Shown piece by piece: positions 54,919 through 64,000 of a stretch of DNA of 64,000 nt (positions are counted from its first letter, which is position 1; each line of letters begins with the position of its first letter). The notes under the pieces were generated by a model that was not told where the DNA came from, did not search any database, and was given only the letters and a program-made list of their open reading frames with translations. The stretch is taken from the NCBI GenBank assembly GCA_965213745.1, contig CBDBZZ010000069.1, positions 3,053 to 67,052 on the forward strand. The letters are read 5' to 3'. The position numbers and the translations under genes were made by a program. Source of the DNA: Bryobacterales bacterium. Its GTDB lineage: Bacteria; Acidobacteriota; Terriglobia; Bryobacterales; UBA6623.

Positions 54919-56151
54919 CTACGCTCCGAAGACACGGCCCCGGTGCTGGCCAACCAACAGCTGAAACAGCCGGTGGGCCATCAGCTCGTGGAGCGTCAGC
55001 AGCTCCTTGTTCGCCTCGGCGATGTCCTCCACATCCTCCGAGCCGCCGCCGCCGCCCTTGAGGGCTGCAGTGGCTTCCCGCATCACGGGATCCTCAAGCA
55101 CTTCCCCGGCGATATTCCAGAGCGTGATGAACCGGTCCACAGCGGTCGGGAAGCTCACCTTCCAGACGCCGTAGTTCGATGTGGTGCGCGGCGGCTTGAA
55201 GTCCAGATTGAACGGACCTTCGAACCCGTGCGAGCGCAGCAGCACGAGCACATTGAGCCAATCGAGAGGATTCACGACGCCGATGCCCAAGTCGACGTCG
55301 TGCTTCAGGGGGTAGCCGTCGTTGATGTCGAAGTGGAATAGCTTCTTGCAGACCAGCGCCCGCGCCAGAACGGCCCGCGCTGCCCCGCCCCACATCAGTT
55401 CGTGCAGGTACTCCGGATTCAGGCCGACCATGTCCGGATGGTCCAGCAGCCCACTCGAGATGAACGCGAGCATGGCGTCGCTGCTGGGCAGAATGATCTG
55501 GGCCTGGGGCTCGAACGGCTTAGCCTCCAGGCAGTGCTTGAGCGTCGGGCGCCCCTTGTCGCCCGCGATCTCGAGGTCGCGCCGACAGGCGGCGTTGAGA
55601 CCGTCGGCGAACCAGCGCAAGGTGTCGGTTTCGTCAATCGCTCCCTGCACCATGTAGCCGAGCGTGCCGGGCCAGTACACAGCGAACTGCGCCCCGAGTT
55701 CGTGGCCGATCTCGACTGTGTTTTGCAGCCGCCGGGCGGCGTACTGGCGGACCTCGGGAGCCTCCGCAGCGGCACTCGCCGCGAACACTGGGTGAAAAAA
55801 GGTCTCGCAAGTGACCATCGAACAGCGCACCCCGTGGTCGTCCAAAGCCTTGTTGATCCGGGCCACGACCTCCCACTGGCGGTCTGTCAGCAGATCGCTC
55901 GTGTCGATCACGTCGCTGTCGTGCGTGCTCCAGCACGGGATCCCGAGTTCCCCAAGGTGGCGGATCACCTCCTCAAAGCCGATCGGCTCGCGCGTCGGCG
56001 CATGGAAAAGCGCTTGGCCCTCGTACGCCCCGGCCCACTGCGGGCCGCTGATGAAATACTTCCTGCGCTCCGCGGGGGTGTAGCTGCCCCCGGCGAGTTG
56101 CATTAAGCGATCCGTGAGGGACCGCTGTTCGGATCTGGGCGTGGCCGGCAT
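54919..56151 (-). CDS. Xylose-isomerase-like TIM-barrel sugar isomerase (divergent XylA family)
   Basis: Blocks parallel actinobacterial XylA: WSTHDSDVI, LEAKPFEPQAQIILPS..AMLAFI, FHFDINDGYPLKHDVDLGIG. The start is chosen at ATG 56151 (GGAGAGG upstream); the ORF is open to 56223. Confidence 0.65.
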   Translation of the reverse strand: MPATPRSEQRSLTDRLMQLAGGSYTPAERRKYFISGPQWAGAYEGQALFHAPTREPIGFEEVIRHLGELGIPCWSTHDSDVIDTSDLLTDRQWEVVARINKALDDHGVRCSMVTCETFFHPVFAASAAAEAPEVRQYAARRLQNTVEIGHELGAQFAVYWPGTLGYMVQGAIDETDTLRWFADGLNAACRRDLEIAGDKGRPTLKHCLEAKPFEPQAQIILPSSDAMLAFISSGLLDHPDMVGLNPEYLHELMWGGAARAVLARALVCKKLFHFDINDGYPLKHDVDLGIGVVNPLDWLNVLVLLRSHGFEGPFNLDFKPPRTTSNYGVWKVSFPTAVDRFITLWNIAGEVLEDPVMREATAALKGGGGGSEDVEDIAEANKELLTLHELMAHRLFQLLVGQHRGRVFGA

Positions 56152-56741
56152 GCCTCTCCAGTAGAACGCCCGGGAGCGCCGGCCGTCAACATCGGTGCCG
56201 GCCTGAGGGCCGCCCGCCGACATTCCGGCCCTGTCGAAACGGCCTTGAAATCAGTGTCGGAGGAGTTGCCATGCGGCTAGGCGGGAAAACCAACCGCAGG
56301 GGGACTTGACGCGCTCCTTCGGAAAATTCCGTTCGCATAAGCATACGGCTGAGAACTACTCAAGCTCCCTAAGCTGGTCTGGGGCAGCGAGCGTGGCTGC
56401 GACGCCAGCCTCCCGGTTGCCCGGTGCAGCCTCCCGCACCTGCACGCGACAAACGAGGATGGAAAGGAGACCGGTCAAAGAATCTCGCCGCCGCCGAGCG
56501 GAACCTCGACCGCTTCCCATGACCGGGCCCATTCGACTGGGCGCTCCCTTGCGTGGGTGCCCGCCTAGGAGCCCCGTCAGGCGGCACCGCACCGATGTGG
56601 AGGCCAGGAGGTGCCAACTAGGCATCGCACGCGCAGGATCCTTCCGGCCAGGTGCTCGCCGGTCACGGTTTCCGCTCATGTCTCCGATGGTGAGGCACAG
56701 GATCCCGTCGCCTCCGAGGACGCGTCGGCCTTCGGCAAGCA

Positions 56742-57056
56742 CTATTCCGCCCGGCGGCGGAGGCGCCGGACCTGCAGCCGCCGGTAGATGCGCAGGTAGG
56801 CCTGGACGCCCTTGCCGACTCCGACACCGCCGGCGGACACGAAGCCCAAGGCCCACGGCCAGTCCGCGGTCGGCTCCCAGCCGGCCGCCAAGCAAACCAC
56901 GAAGACGAGGATGATCCACCCGAGCAAGGCACCGGCGAACCACAGCAGGCACCAGCCGGCGGCCAGCCACGAGGCCAGACACGAAGACTCCGCCGCGTAC
57001 GCCCACCGCTCGAGCCGCCGCTGCCAGACCTCGGAGGAGTGCATTACGGCTCCCAT
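56742..57056 (-). CDS. Hypothetical small membrane protein (2 TM helices)
   Basis: MGAVMHSSEVWQRRLERWAYAAESSCLASWLAAGWCLLWFAGALLGWIILVFVVCLAAGW... Its start lies 32 bp from the left end of the degenerate IS copy. Weak call. Confidence 0.3.
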   Translation of the reverse strand: MGAVMHSSEVWQRRLERWAYAAESSCLASWLAAGWCLLWFAGALLGWIILVFVVCLAAGWEPTADWPWALGFVSAGGVGVGKGVQAYLRIYRRLQVRRLRRRAE

Positions 57057-57087
57057 ACTGGCACACCCTGCCCTATCGCTCGACGAC

Positions 57088-58721
57088 CCTGATCCCCTGG
57101 TAAAAATTCCGGTTGCCAGCCGAAATGTGTTTGTATTGCAATGATTTAGACAATCCTCCAGGGTGGCCGCGTATTGCACTTCGGGGATGCATCTCGGTTT
57201 TTTGGAGGCCCCCTGGCTTACGGCGTCTGCGACGACCACTGGACGGACCTGGCCGGGCTCGGCGGGGTGGCCCGGTTCCCCGGACTGCCCGAGCTGCTGG
57301 CCGCGTCGGTCCGCCTCCAGCGCCGGCGCGGTGGCAGCGACGTGCAGCTGCTGCTGGCGCTGATCTACTCGGCCTGCGCCGGCGGGGGCATCTCCACGCA
57401 GTCGACACCCTGGGGGTCGATGACGTCGCACGCCGAGCGTGCGGGCTGCGGGCCGTGCCCCACAGCCGGCGGCGCGGCGCAGACCTGCAGCGGATGCACG
57501 AGGCGGCCCTGGAGGGCTTGCGGGAGTGCGCGCGGCTGGTCAGCCGGCGGCTGGTGCCGCTGGTGGCGCAGGCGCGCGAGCAGCGGTGGGGCTACGTGCC
57601 GGTGTGCGGGGACGGCACGGGGATCGAGGTGGAGGGCAAGCTGTGCGGGAACGCCGAGCGCGGCTACCACGGCGAGCAGCAGTCCTGGCTGCCCTCGGTG
57701 TGCGTGGGGGTGGCGGGGGTCAGCGCCCGGCTGAACGCGGGCGGCACGGACGTGCAGGGGGACTGGCGGGAGCAGCTGGACCAGGATGCGGCGCCCTGGC
57801 TGACAGGGCGGCAGCCGGTGGGGCTGCGGGCCGCCAGCACGTACTCCTGCAAGGATCTGGTGAACTCCTGCCGGCGGCGGGGCTGGGATGATTCCGGGAG
57901 CGTGACCGATCCGCGCCAAAAAGCCCCGATTCTGCGCCTGGCGGCCGCGAGGGGGTTGCGGGAGGACGAGGGGGAGCCCCTGGACGCGGCAGGCAAGGAG
58001 CGGGCGCTCGCGGTGGCGTACCGGCCCGCCCGGGGGCCGGAGGAGCCGGTGTGCGGGGTGCTCCGGCGCGACGGGGACGGGGAGCAGCGGTGGCTGGGGC
58101 CGGTGTACATGCTGATTCCGGTGAGCCGCGACCGGCTGCCGCCGGCGGAGTGGGTGCGGCGGCACCGCGGCAGCAGGGGCCGGAGCATGCATCCTAGGGG
58201 CCGTTGCCGGACCTAGGGCTGCAGCATCCGCCGTGCCGCTCGCACGCGGCGCAGCAGGGTTTCTCCCGGGCGGGCAGCTCGCGCAGCGGCTGCTGCGGCT
58301 GCTGCCGGACGAGGTGCGGCAGTCCGGGCTCCGGCCGCTGCGCCGGTACTGCGTGGGCAGCGTGGGGCGGCTAACGCGCAGTGCGCGGCGGCGGCGGCTG
58401 TGCAGCAGGAGCAACCTGCGGTGGGACTGGCTGCTGCACGCAGCGAGCCGGATGGAGCCGGGCTAGGGCTGGCTCGGCGCGGCAGGGGACCGACGCGGAG
58501 CCCAGCGGCAGGGGACCGACGCGGAGCCCGCGGGGGGATCGGTGCGCCCGGAGCCGGGGGCGCCGGGCTCTCCGCTCAAGCCATACGGCCCCGCAACCGC
58601 CATTTCGGGAAGTTACTGATGTTTTCATAAGTAATTGCGCGAACAGGCTCCGCAAGCCATTGATTCTATTGGTGGTTTGCTTGCAATTACTTCTGGCAAA
58701 ATTAGCAACCGGGAATCTAGG
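57088..58721 (+). mobile_element. Degenerate second copy of the IS1380-like element (transposase pseudogene) carrying a nested MITE
   Basis: Collinear with 52781-54474, from CCTGATCCCCTGGTAAAAATTCC to ..AACCGGGAATCTAGG. It has many substitutions, a roughly 30-bp deletion removing the start-codon region, several frameshifts and an internal 23-bp duplication. No flanking direct repeat was seen. Confidence 0.75.
58616..58705. mobile_element. 90-bp MITE, copy B (nested in the right end of the degenerate IS)
   Basis: CTGATGTTTTCATAAGTAATTGC...GCAATTACTTCTGGCAAAATTAG flanked by TA / CA. The intact IS copy shows the empty site (..GGGAAATTAACCGGG..). Confidence 0.75.
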
Positions 58722-58956
58722 TGTCCCAGCTCGCGGTCAGGTTCACGGAAAAGAAAATCGAACCGCGCACCAGGGTGCTGAGCAGAGCCGTCTTCCAGTT
58801 CCACCGCCGGACCAACTCCGCTAGGGCCGCGCCGAGCGTGACGGGCGGCAGACGCGCTTCGGCGACGCCGTGGGTTCCACTTCCTGCCGCCATGCGAGGA
58901 ACGTGCCGGCCGCGTCGGACGACGCTCTCGCGCACCGACCCGTCCACAATCACCAT
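58717..58956 (-). CDS. Hypothetical protein, probably 3'-truncated by the IS insertion
   Basis: ..GAALAELVRRWNWKTALLSTLVRGSIFFSVNLTASWDT. The stop codon lies inside the IS terminal repeat (58717-19). It is the third gene of the ThDP-enzyme/cytochrome operon. Weak call. Confidence 0.3.
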   Translation of the reverse strand: MVIVDGSVRESVVRRGRHVPRMAAGSGTHGVAEARLPPVTLGAALAELVRRWNWKTALLSTLVRGSIFFSVNLTASWDT

Positions 58957-58990
58957 CACCGCGGCCAGAACCCGAGCCCAGCCGCTGGTC

Positions 58991-59521
58991 TCACTGGCCA
59001 AGGTCGTGGCACAGGTAGCACTCGGTGGACGCCCCCCGCTGCACATGGCAGTTCATGCAGGCCGCCATGCTCGTCGAGAACTCCTGGTTCAGCACGCTGC
59101 GCTCCGCAACCGGGCCGTGGCACGCCGAGCAGCCCACCTCGGCCTCGGCGTGCTCGGCGTGGCTGAAGAAGACGAAGTCAGCCGCACGGTAGACCCGCTC
59201 CCAGGGGATTCGGGCACCCTCGGGCAACGCAGCCAGCTTGCGCACGGCCGGGCTCTCGACGGCGATGGACCTGTGGCATTGCATACAGCGGGCGCGGTCG
59301 GGCAGGCCGGCTCGCTCGCTCTCCTCGGCACCGGGATGGCAATCCACGCACGCCATGCGCCACTCCATGTGGAGCTTGTGGTCGAAGGGCACAGGCTGCG
59401 GGCCCACGATCCGAGGCAGCTGCTCGGGCGGCGGTTCGTAGACGAACGGCACCTGCCCCCATCCCGCCGGGGCGAGGGCTAGCGCGAGCACAGCCCCGCC
59501 AGTCCAAGCCGCAGCCGCCAC
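58991..59521 (-). CDS. Periplasmic multihaem (five CxxCH) cytochrome c
   Basis: GTG 59521. Signal peptide. Haem sites CVDCH, CMQCH, CSACH, CMNCH and CYLCH. It starts 10 nt after the upstream stop. Confidence 0.8.
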   Translation of the reverse strand: MAAAAWTGGAVLALALAPAGWGQVPFVYEPPPEQLPRIVGPQPVPFDHKLHMEWRMACVDCHPGAEESERAGLPDRARCMQCHRSIAVESPAVRKLAALPEGARIPWERVYRAADFVFFSHAEHAEAEVGCSACHGPVAERSVLNQEFSTSMAACMNCHVQRGASTECYLCHDLGQ

Positions 59522-59530
59522 GCCCGGCTC

Positions 59531-61201
59531 CTACTTGGCCCGGCGCTCGAGCTGGTACTGCGTGAACGGCGATCCGACTCCGTCGATTTCGATGTTCACC
59601 AGGAAGGGTCTCTCGCTCCGGAAGGCGCGGTCGAACGCCTCCGGTAGCTGCTGCGGCGAAGTGACGTGCATGCCGTCGCCCCCGAACCCCTTCATCACCA
59701 AGTCGTAGCGCGTCCGGCGCAGCTCGCAGGCCACAGTTTCGGAATCGGGGTAGAAGCCCCTCTGGAGCTCCCTCTCAATGCCCCAGCCTCCGTCGTTGCC
59801 CACGATCACGATGATCGGCAGTCCAAACCGCACGGCGGTGTCGAGCTCGCCGATGTAGAAGCCGAGCGAGCCGTCACCCGTGACAACGACGGTCGGCGCG
59901 TCGGGGCGGAGGATCTGGGCGGCCAATCCCACCGGTAGTGCGACACCGAGCCCCGCCAGCGAACCCAGGCGCATCCACCGTCCGGGATGGCGGGCCCGGC
60001 AGATATACCGGCCCCAGTGAACGAAGTCGCCGCCGTCCCAACAGATCGTCGCATCGTGCGGGAGCGCATCGCGGAGCACTTGGTAAACGTGCAGCGAATG
60101 CATCGGGTGCCGGGGCATGGCGGCCAGGGCGGCGACCTGGGCTGCGTAGGCGTCGCATCCGCGCTGGACCTCGGCGAGCCAAGCCGAGCGATCCGGTGCG
60201 GCCCGCCCCGCCAGAGACATGTTGATAGCCTCCAGGGCGGCGCGGGCGTCGGCCTGCATCCCGACCTCCAGGGTTCGGTTCAGGCCGAGCTCCTGCCCGC
60301 AGACGTCGATCTGCACCATTGTCGCCGCGTCGTCGAAAAGCTGACGCCCACCCATCCGGAGGCGGTAGTCGAGGCGCTTGCCCACAACGATCACCAAGTC
60401 GGCTTGGCGCAGGGCGTGCTCGGCCCCGCGGCTGATCGTGGCGTCCGCGTAGCCGAAACACAGCGGATGGTCGTCCGAGACCATGCCTCGGGCCAGGGAA
60501 ATGGTGAAGAGAGGCACGTTCGCGGCCTCAATGAATGCCGCAAGCTGCTCGTCCGCCCAGGACCAGTAGGCCCCGGAACCGGCGATGACGGCGGGGCGCT
60601 CGGCCCGGGCGAGCAGGTCCATGAGGCGGTCGACATCCGCGGTGGAGGGGGCACTGCGAAGCGGGCGGATCGGCCCCTCGGCGATCGGGTGATGGGTGCC
60701 GTTCCTTTCGGTGAACAGGTCGACGGGAATGCTCAGATGCGCGACGCCAGGGCGGCCGCGCAGCATCTCGAGAAAGGCGCGGCGCACATGGAAGGGAATC
60801 TGGCCGGAGCGGGCAGGCACCGCCGCATACTTGGCGATGCCCTGCACCAGCTTGGCCTGGTCCAGGTCTTGGAAAGCGTTGCGGTCGCGGGCCCGCGAGT
60901 CGCTCATGCCGCTCACAGCGAGCATCGGCACGGCCGTGGCCTGCGCCGTCGCGATGCCCGTAATCGAGTTGGTATGCCCCGGCGCACCCGTCACAAGCGA
61001 CACCCCCGGCGTGCGGGTCAGGCGGCTCCAGCCGTCGGCCATGTGGACCGCGGCCGATTCGTGCCTGGTGTCGTAGACGGACATCCCCTCGCGGGCAGCA
61101 ACCTGCAGCACATCGTTCAAGTGGTCTCCGACCAGCGTGAACAGCTTGTCGACCCCTTGGCTCTGCAGGCTGCGGACGAACAACTCGGATCCCGTGAGCA
61201 T
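59531..61201 (-). CDS. Thiamine-diphosphate-dependent enzyme (acetolactate synthase / oxalyl-CoA decarboxylase-like)
   Basis: MLTGSELFVRSLQSQGVDKLFTLVGDH..HESAAVHMADGWSRLT..PGVSLVTGAPGHTNS. C-terminal ThDP motif GDGSLGFYIGELDTAVRFGLPIIVIVGNDGGWG. Confidence 0.85.
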   Translation of the reverse strand: MLTGSELFVRSLQSQGVDKLFTLVGDHLNDVLQVAAREGMSVYDTRHESAAVHMADGWSRLTRTPGVSLVTGAPGHTNSITGIATAQATAVPMLAVSGMSDSRARDRNAFQDLDQAKLVQGIAKYAAVPARSGQIPFHVRRAFLEMLRGRPGVAHLSIPVDLFTERNGTHHPIAEGPIRPLRSAPSTADVDRLMDLLARAERPAVIAGSGAYWSWADEQLAAFIEAANVPLFTISLARGMVSDDHPLCFGYADATISRGAEHALRQADLVIVVGKRLDYRLRMGGRQLFDDAATMVQIDVCGQELGLNRTLEVGMQADARAALEAINMSLAGRAAPDRSAWLAEVQRGCDAYAAQVAALAAMPRHPMHSLHVYQVLRDALPHDATICWDGGDFVHWGRYICRARHPGRWMRLGSLAGLGVALPVGLAAQILRPDAPTVVVTGDGSLGFYIGELDTAVRFGLPIIVIVGNDGGWGIERELQRGFYPDSETVACELRRTRYDLVMKGFGGDGMHVTSPQQLPEAFDRAFRSERPFLVNIEIDGVGSPFTQYQLERRAK

Positions 61202-61396
61202 GACCTAGCAGGATACTATCGCGGCACCGGAGCCCATCGCGCCCGCGCCGGAACTGACCATCGGCGCACCCGCTGGAGAAGCTAGCAGCAGGGCCGAGTT
61301 GAAGACGGCTCCCCGCACCGTTACGATGAGAGGAGGGGGTCTGCCGCTCGCTCCCGGCAGGCGGCAGCCTCGAATCCCTCCCCTGGAGATGGCGGC

Positions 61397-62281
61397 ATGT
61401 TTCTAACAGACGAATTCCGGCTCAAGGTCGGCTTGGCGGAGCAACTCAAGGGCGGGGTGATCATGGACGTCACCAACGCCGACCAAGCGCGCATCGCTCA
61501 GGACGCAGGCGCAGTCGCGGTGATGGCTCTGGAGCGCGTGCCGGCCGACATTCGCAAGGAGGGCGGGGTCGCGCGCATGGCCAGCATCCGGAAGATGCGC
61601 GAGATCATGGAGAAGGTCTCAATCCCGGTGATGGCCAAAGCTCGGATCGGCCATTTCGCTGAAGCGATGGTGCTGCAGGCCCTCAAGGCGGATTACATCG
61701 ACGAAAGCGAAGTGCTGACACCCGCTGACGAGGAGCACCACATTGACAAGCACGCCTTCGGAACCCCCTTCGTCTGCGGCGCCCGCAACCTAGGAGAGGC
61801 CTTGCGGCGCATCGCCGAGGGCGCAGCGATGATCCGCACCAAGGGCGAGGCGGGCTCGGGCAATGTCGTGGAGGCCGTTCGGCACATGCGGGCCATCCGG
61901 CAGCAGATCAAGCGGCTGACTGTGGTCGCTCGCGACGAGCTGCCCTCGGTCGCGAAGGAACTGCAGGCTCCTCTGGAGCTGGTGGGGTGGGTGGCGCGGG
62001 AAGGCCGCCTGCCGGTCCCGAACTTCTCTGCAGGCGGGCTCGCAACACCGGCCGACGCGGCCCTAGTGATGAGCCTCGGAGCCGAGGCAGTGTTTGTCGG
62101 GTCGGGGATCTTCAAGTCCGAGGACCCCGCCCGCCGGGCGGCTGCAGTCGTCAAGGCGACGACCTTCTACAGCGACCCAGAGAAGCTGCTCGAGGCCTGC
62201 GAGGACCTCGGCGAGCCCATGCCGGGCCTGGATCTGGCGAGCCTTCCCGAAGGCGAGCTGCTCCAGACGCGGGGCTGGTAG
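61397..62281 (+). CDS. pdxS: Pyridoxal 5'-phosphate synthase, lyase subunit PdxS
   Basis: ..[46 protein letters not shown]..., ending ..LQTRGW-TAG as is typical for PdxS. Confidence 0.95.
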   Translation: MFLTDEFRLKVGLAEQLKGGVIMDVTNADQARIAQDAGAVAVMALERVPADIRKEGGVARMASIRKMREIMEKVSIPVMAKARIGHFAEAMVLQALKADYIDESEVLTPADEEHHIDKHAFGTPFVCGARNLGEALRRIAEGAAMIRTKGEAGSGNVVEAVRHMRAIRQQIKRLTVVARDELPSVAKELQAPLELVGWVAREGRLPVPNFSAGGLATPADAALVMSLGAEAVFVGSGIFKSEDPARRAAAVVKATTFYSDPEKLLEACEDLGEPMPGLDLASLPEGELLQTRGW

Positions 62282-62333
62282 GACAGCAGCCGGACCCCGG
62301 TCCGGACAACTCCGCTTAGAGGCCAGGCCGACG

Positions 62334-62918
62334 GTGCGCATCGGAGTCCTAGCGCTGCAAGGCGATTTCCACGCCCACGCCCAGCGCCTGGAGCAGCTCG
62401 GCGCTTCCGCCCAGGAAATCCGCTACGCCCGCCAACTCGGCGCAGTGCAGGGCCTCGTGCTGCCCGGAGGCGAGAGCTCGACCAACCTGATCCTGCTTGA
62501 AGCGGAGGGCCTCTGGGAGCCCCTCCGGGAATTCGCGCAAGCGAGGCCTATCCTCGGCACGTGCGCCGGCGCGATCCTGCTCGCCCAGAAGGTCACCAAC
62601 CCCGTCCAGCCGTCTCTCGGGGCAGTGGATATGGAGATCGAGCGCAACGCCTACGGCCGCCAGGTCGACAGCTCGATCCGGCGCGTGGAACCCGAGGCGG
62701 ACTTCGCAGCGCGGACCCGCGGCGGGCCGCTGGAGGCGGTCTACATTCGGGCACCGATCATCCGGGCGACCGGGCCGTCGGTCAAGGTGCTGATGCGGGA
62801 CGCCGGGCACCCCGTGCTCGTCGAGGAGGGCCCGCACCTAGCGGCCACCTTCCATGCCGAGCTCACGTCCGACAGCCGGCTGCACGAACTGTTCCTGGCC
62901 AAGGCAGCGGCGCAATGA
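62334..62918 (+). CDS. pdxT: Pyridoxal 5'-phosphate synthase, glutaminase subunit PdxT
   Basis: GTG 62334. VRIGVLALQGDF..H...L..LG......LVLPGGESST...PILGTCAGAILLA...ATFHAELT. Confidence 0.9.
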   Translation: MRIGVLALQGDFHAHAQRLEQLGASAQEIRYARQLGAVQGLVLPGGESSTNLILLEAEGLWEPLREFAQARPILGTCAGAILLAQKVTNPVQPSLGAVDMEIERNAYGRQVDSSIRRVEPEADFAARTRGGPLEAVYIRAPIIRATGPSVKVLMRDAGHPVLVEEGPHLAATFHAELTSDSRLHELFLAKAAAQ

Positions 62919-62946
62919 AGCGCACCTGCTAGGATGCTGGAGTGCT

Positions 62947-63225
62947 ATGCCCTTTCTCAAGACGTTGATCCAGCAGGCCGTGCAGAAAGCGGCGCAGGAC
63001 CCGCGCGTCCGCGACACCGCTCAGCGGGTGTTCGAAAACGAGATCAAGCCGCGGGCGAAAACCGCTTGGGACAAGGCCAAGCCCGAGGTCGAGGCGGCGT
63101 GGGAGAAGGCCAAACCGCAGGTCGCGGCGGCGAAGGCGAAAGCTGCGCAGCGTGCGGCCGAACTTACGCAGCGCGTGAAGCAGGAGGTGCGGGAGCGTAG
63201 GGGAGGCAAGCCGGAAGAGGGCTAG
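62947..63225 (+). CDS. Hypothetical small helical Lys/Ala-rich protein
   Basis: ATG 62947. 92 aa with repeated AW(D/E)KAKP(E/Q)V motifs. No domain recognised. Confidence 0.4.
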   Translation: MPFLKTLIQQAVQKAAQDPRVRDTAQRVFENEIKPRAKTAWDKAKPEVEAAWEKAKPQVAAAKAKAAQRAAELTQRVKQEVRERRGGKPEEG

Positions 63226-63647
63226 AAGCCGTCAGTTGCCCCAGGCACGCTTGCGGACCCCAACGGCCTCGAGCACAGAGGGCTAGGGAGACGGTGCATA
63301 GCCCCTGCGAGTCGCTGAGCCTTGCCATCCACAGTTCGTCTGGAACACCAGCGCAACAGATCGCCGCTTGTTCAGCCGGATGCGCGAATCGGAGGAGTGC
63401 GCCTGGCAAAGCAAGCGATCTAGCCGGTCGCGCCTTCTGCAGGTTGCGGTGCCGGATCGGCAGAACCGGCAGACTGCAATCCGGCCCACGGAGCGCAGCC
63501 TCGGGCCCAGGAGTCTCGCAGGGCCAGAGCAGCGCGAAAGTGGCTCAAGTCGGCCGCAACCAGCCCCGCCCCTGCGGCAGCGGGAAGCAAGCAGCACAAG
63601 CGCTGCTGCCGGCACTAAGCTAAGCGACCGCGGTTGCCGGTCGCGCC

Positions 63648-64000
63648 TCAGTCCCGCTTCTCCAGCAGCCACCGGATGGAGTTGCGAATCAACCGCTGGG
63701 TCATGGGATGCCCCAGCGCTTCGGGCGTGTGGCCCGGCGACAGGTAGACGAAGCGTCCCGCCCCGAGTTCGCGCCACCAGCCCGCTGCCGCCGATTCGTT
63801 GCCCTTCGAGATGTTCCGCAGCAGGAGGTGCTCCCGGTCCAGATAGTACTTGCTCAGGTGCTGCTCGTCGTAGACCATGAAGTCCTCGACGCCCGCCGTG
63901 ACCGGGTGGTCCTTGTCCTCGACCCGGATCGTGAATTCCGCCGGCGGCGGATGGCCGCCGTAGTCGCCGCCGAAGAGCTTGTAGTACAGACCCCCTTGCG
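63648..64000 (-). CDS. ThuA-like (trehalose utilisation/GATase1-like) domain protein, C-terminal part; 5' end outside window
   Basis: The frame is open to the window end: ..FTIRVEDKDHPVTAGVEDFMVYDEQH...WWRELGAGRFVYLSPGHTPEALGHP...IRNSIRWLL. Confidence 0.6.
   Translation of the reverse strand, partial: QGGLYYKLFGGDYGGHPPPAEFTIRVEDKDHPVTAGVEDFMVYDEQHLSKYYLDREHLLLRNISKGNESAAAGWWRELGAGRFVYLSPGHTPEALGHPMTQRLIRNSIRWLLEKRD

Noticed and set aside
52781-58721. A composite transposon formed by the two IS1380-like copies around tRNA-Arg and the xylA-like gene.
   Set aside because: Copy 1 has its own 7-bp direct repeat on both of its flanks, so it inserted independently. Copy 2 is much more decayed and shows no matching outer duplication.
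63226-63647. A 420-bp non-coding gap between the small helical protein gene and the ThuA-like gene, considered as a possible structured RNA (RNase P, SRP, tmRNA or 6S).
   Set aside because: None of the conserved cores I know is present (GAGGAAAGUCC of RNase P RNA, the SRP domain IV GGAA/AGCA motif, or the tmRNA tag/tRNA-like end). Only generic GC hairpins were seen, for example GCGACCG-N7-CGGTCGC at 63625-63645, which is probably a terminator.

Overview
This is a 64-kb window of a high-GC bacterial chromosome (roughly two-thirds G+C by eye). It has no rRNA genes and no CRISPR array.

(i) 0-37 kb is mostly core and envelope genes:
- M16 peptidases, a Cys-type sulfatase and metF.
- A DUF58 / BatA-like / VWA 'Bat-like' operon.
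- A FecR-domain protein, D-aminoacylase, tRNA-Lys(UUU) and an APC permease.
- A PSCyt/DUF1553 + DUF1501 pair.
- The conserved ffh-rpsP-KH-rimM-trmD-rplS operon.
- An nfeD-flotillin pair.

(ii) 37.2-47.7 kb is a heavily decayed mobile/defence-type island:
- A DUF4338 remnant.
- An AbiEi antitoxin whose AbiEii toxin is destroyed by a defective IS630-like element.
- A P4-type integrase split by a 90-bp MITE.
- An intact Fic protein next to a broken nuclease-like ORF and an internally deleted RecQ-like helicase::PRTase fusion.
- DctP and SNF2-helicase pseudogenes.

(iii) 47.9-64 kb contains:
- A candidate selenocysteine peroxiredoxin (in-frame TGA at the catalytic Cys plus a SECIS-like hairpin).
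- A thiolase and an astacin-like protease.
- An intact IS1380-like element with a 7-bp target duplication just upstream of tRNA-Arg(ACG), and a degenerate second copy carrying a nested MITE.
- A xylose-isomerase-like gene, a ThDP-enzyme / pentahaem-cytochrome operon, and pdxS-pdxT.

Two oddities stand out:
- At least 11 single-base frame disruptions, almost all in mononucleotide runs, are confined to 4.8-9.8 kb.
- The 3' ~1 kb of the 919-aa FecR ORF looks like a GC-shadow lying over a decayed gene in another frame.

The best candidate for an undescribed system is the Fic / nuclease-like / RecQ::PRTase module at 41.7-45.7 kb, but it is visibly broken here. The taxon guess (Acidobacteriota- or Planctomycetota-like) is inference only. 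All calls come from motif recognition by eye and no searches were run. Start codons are approximate.
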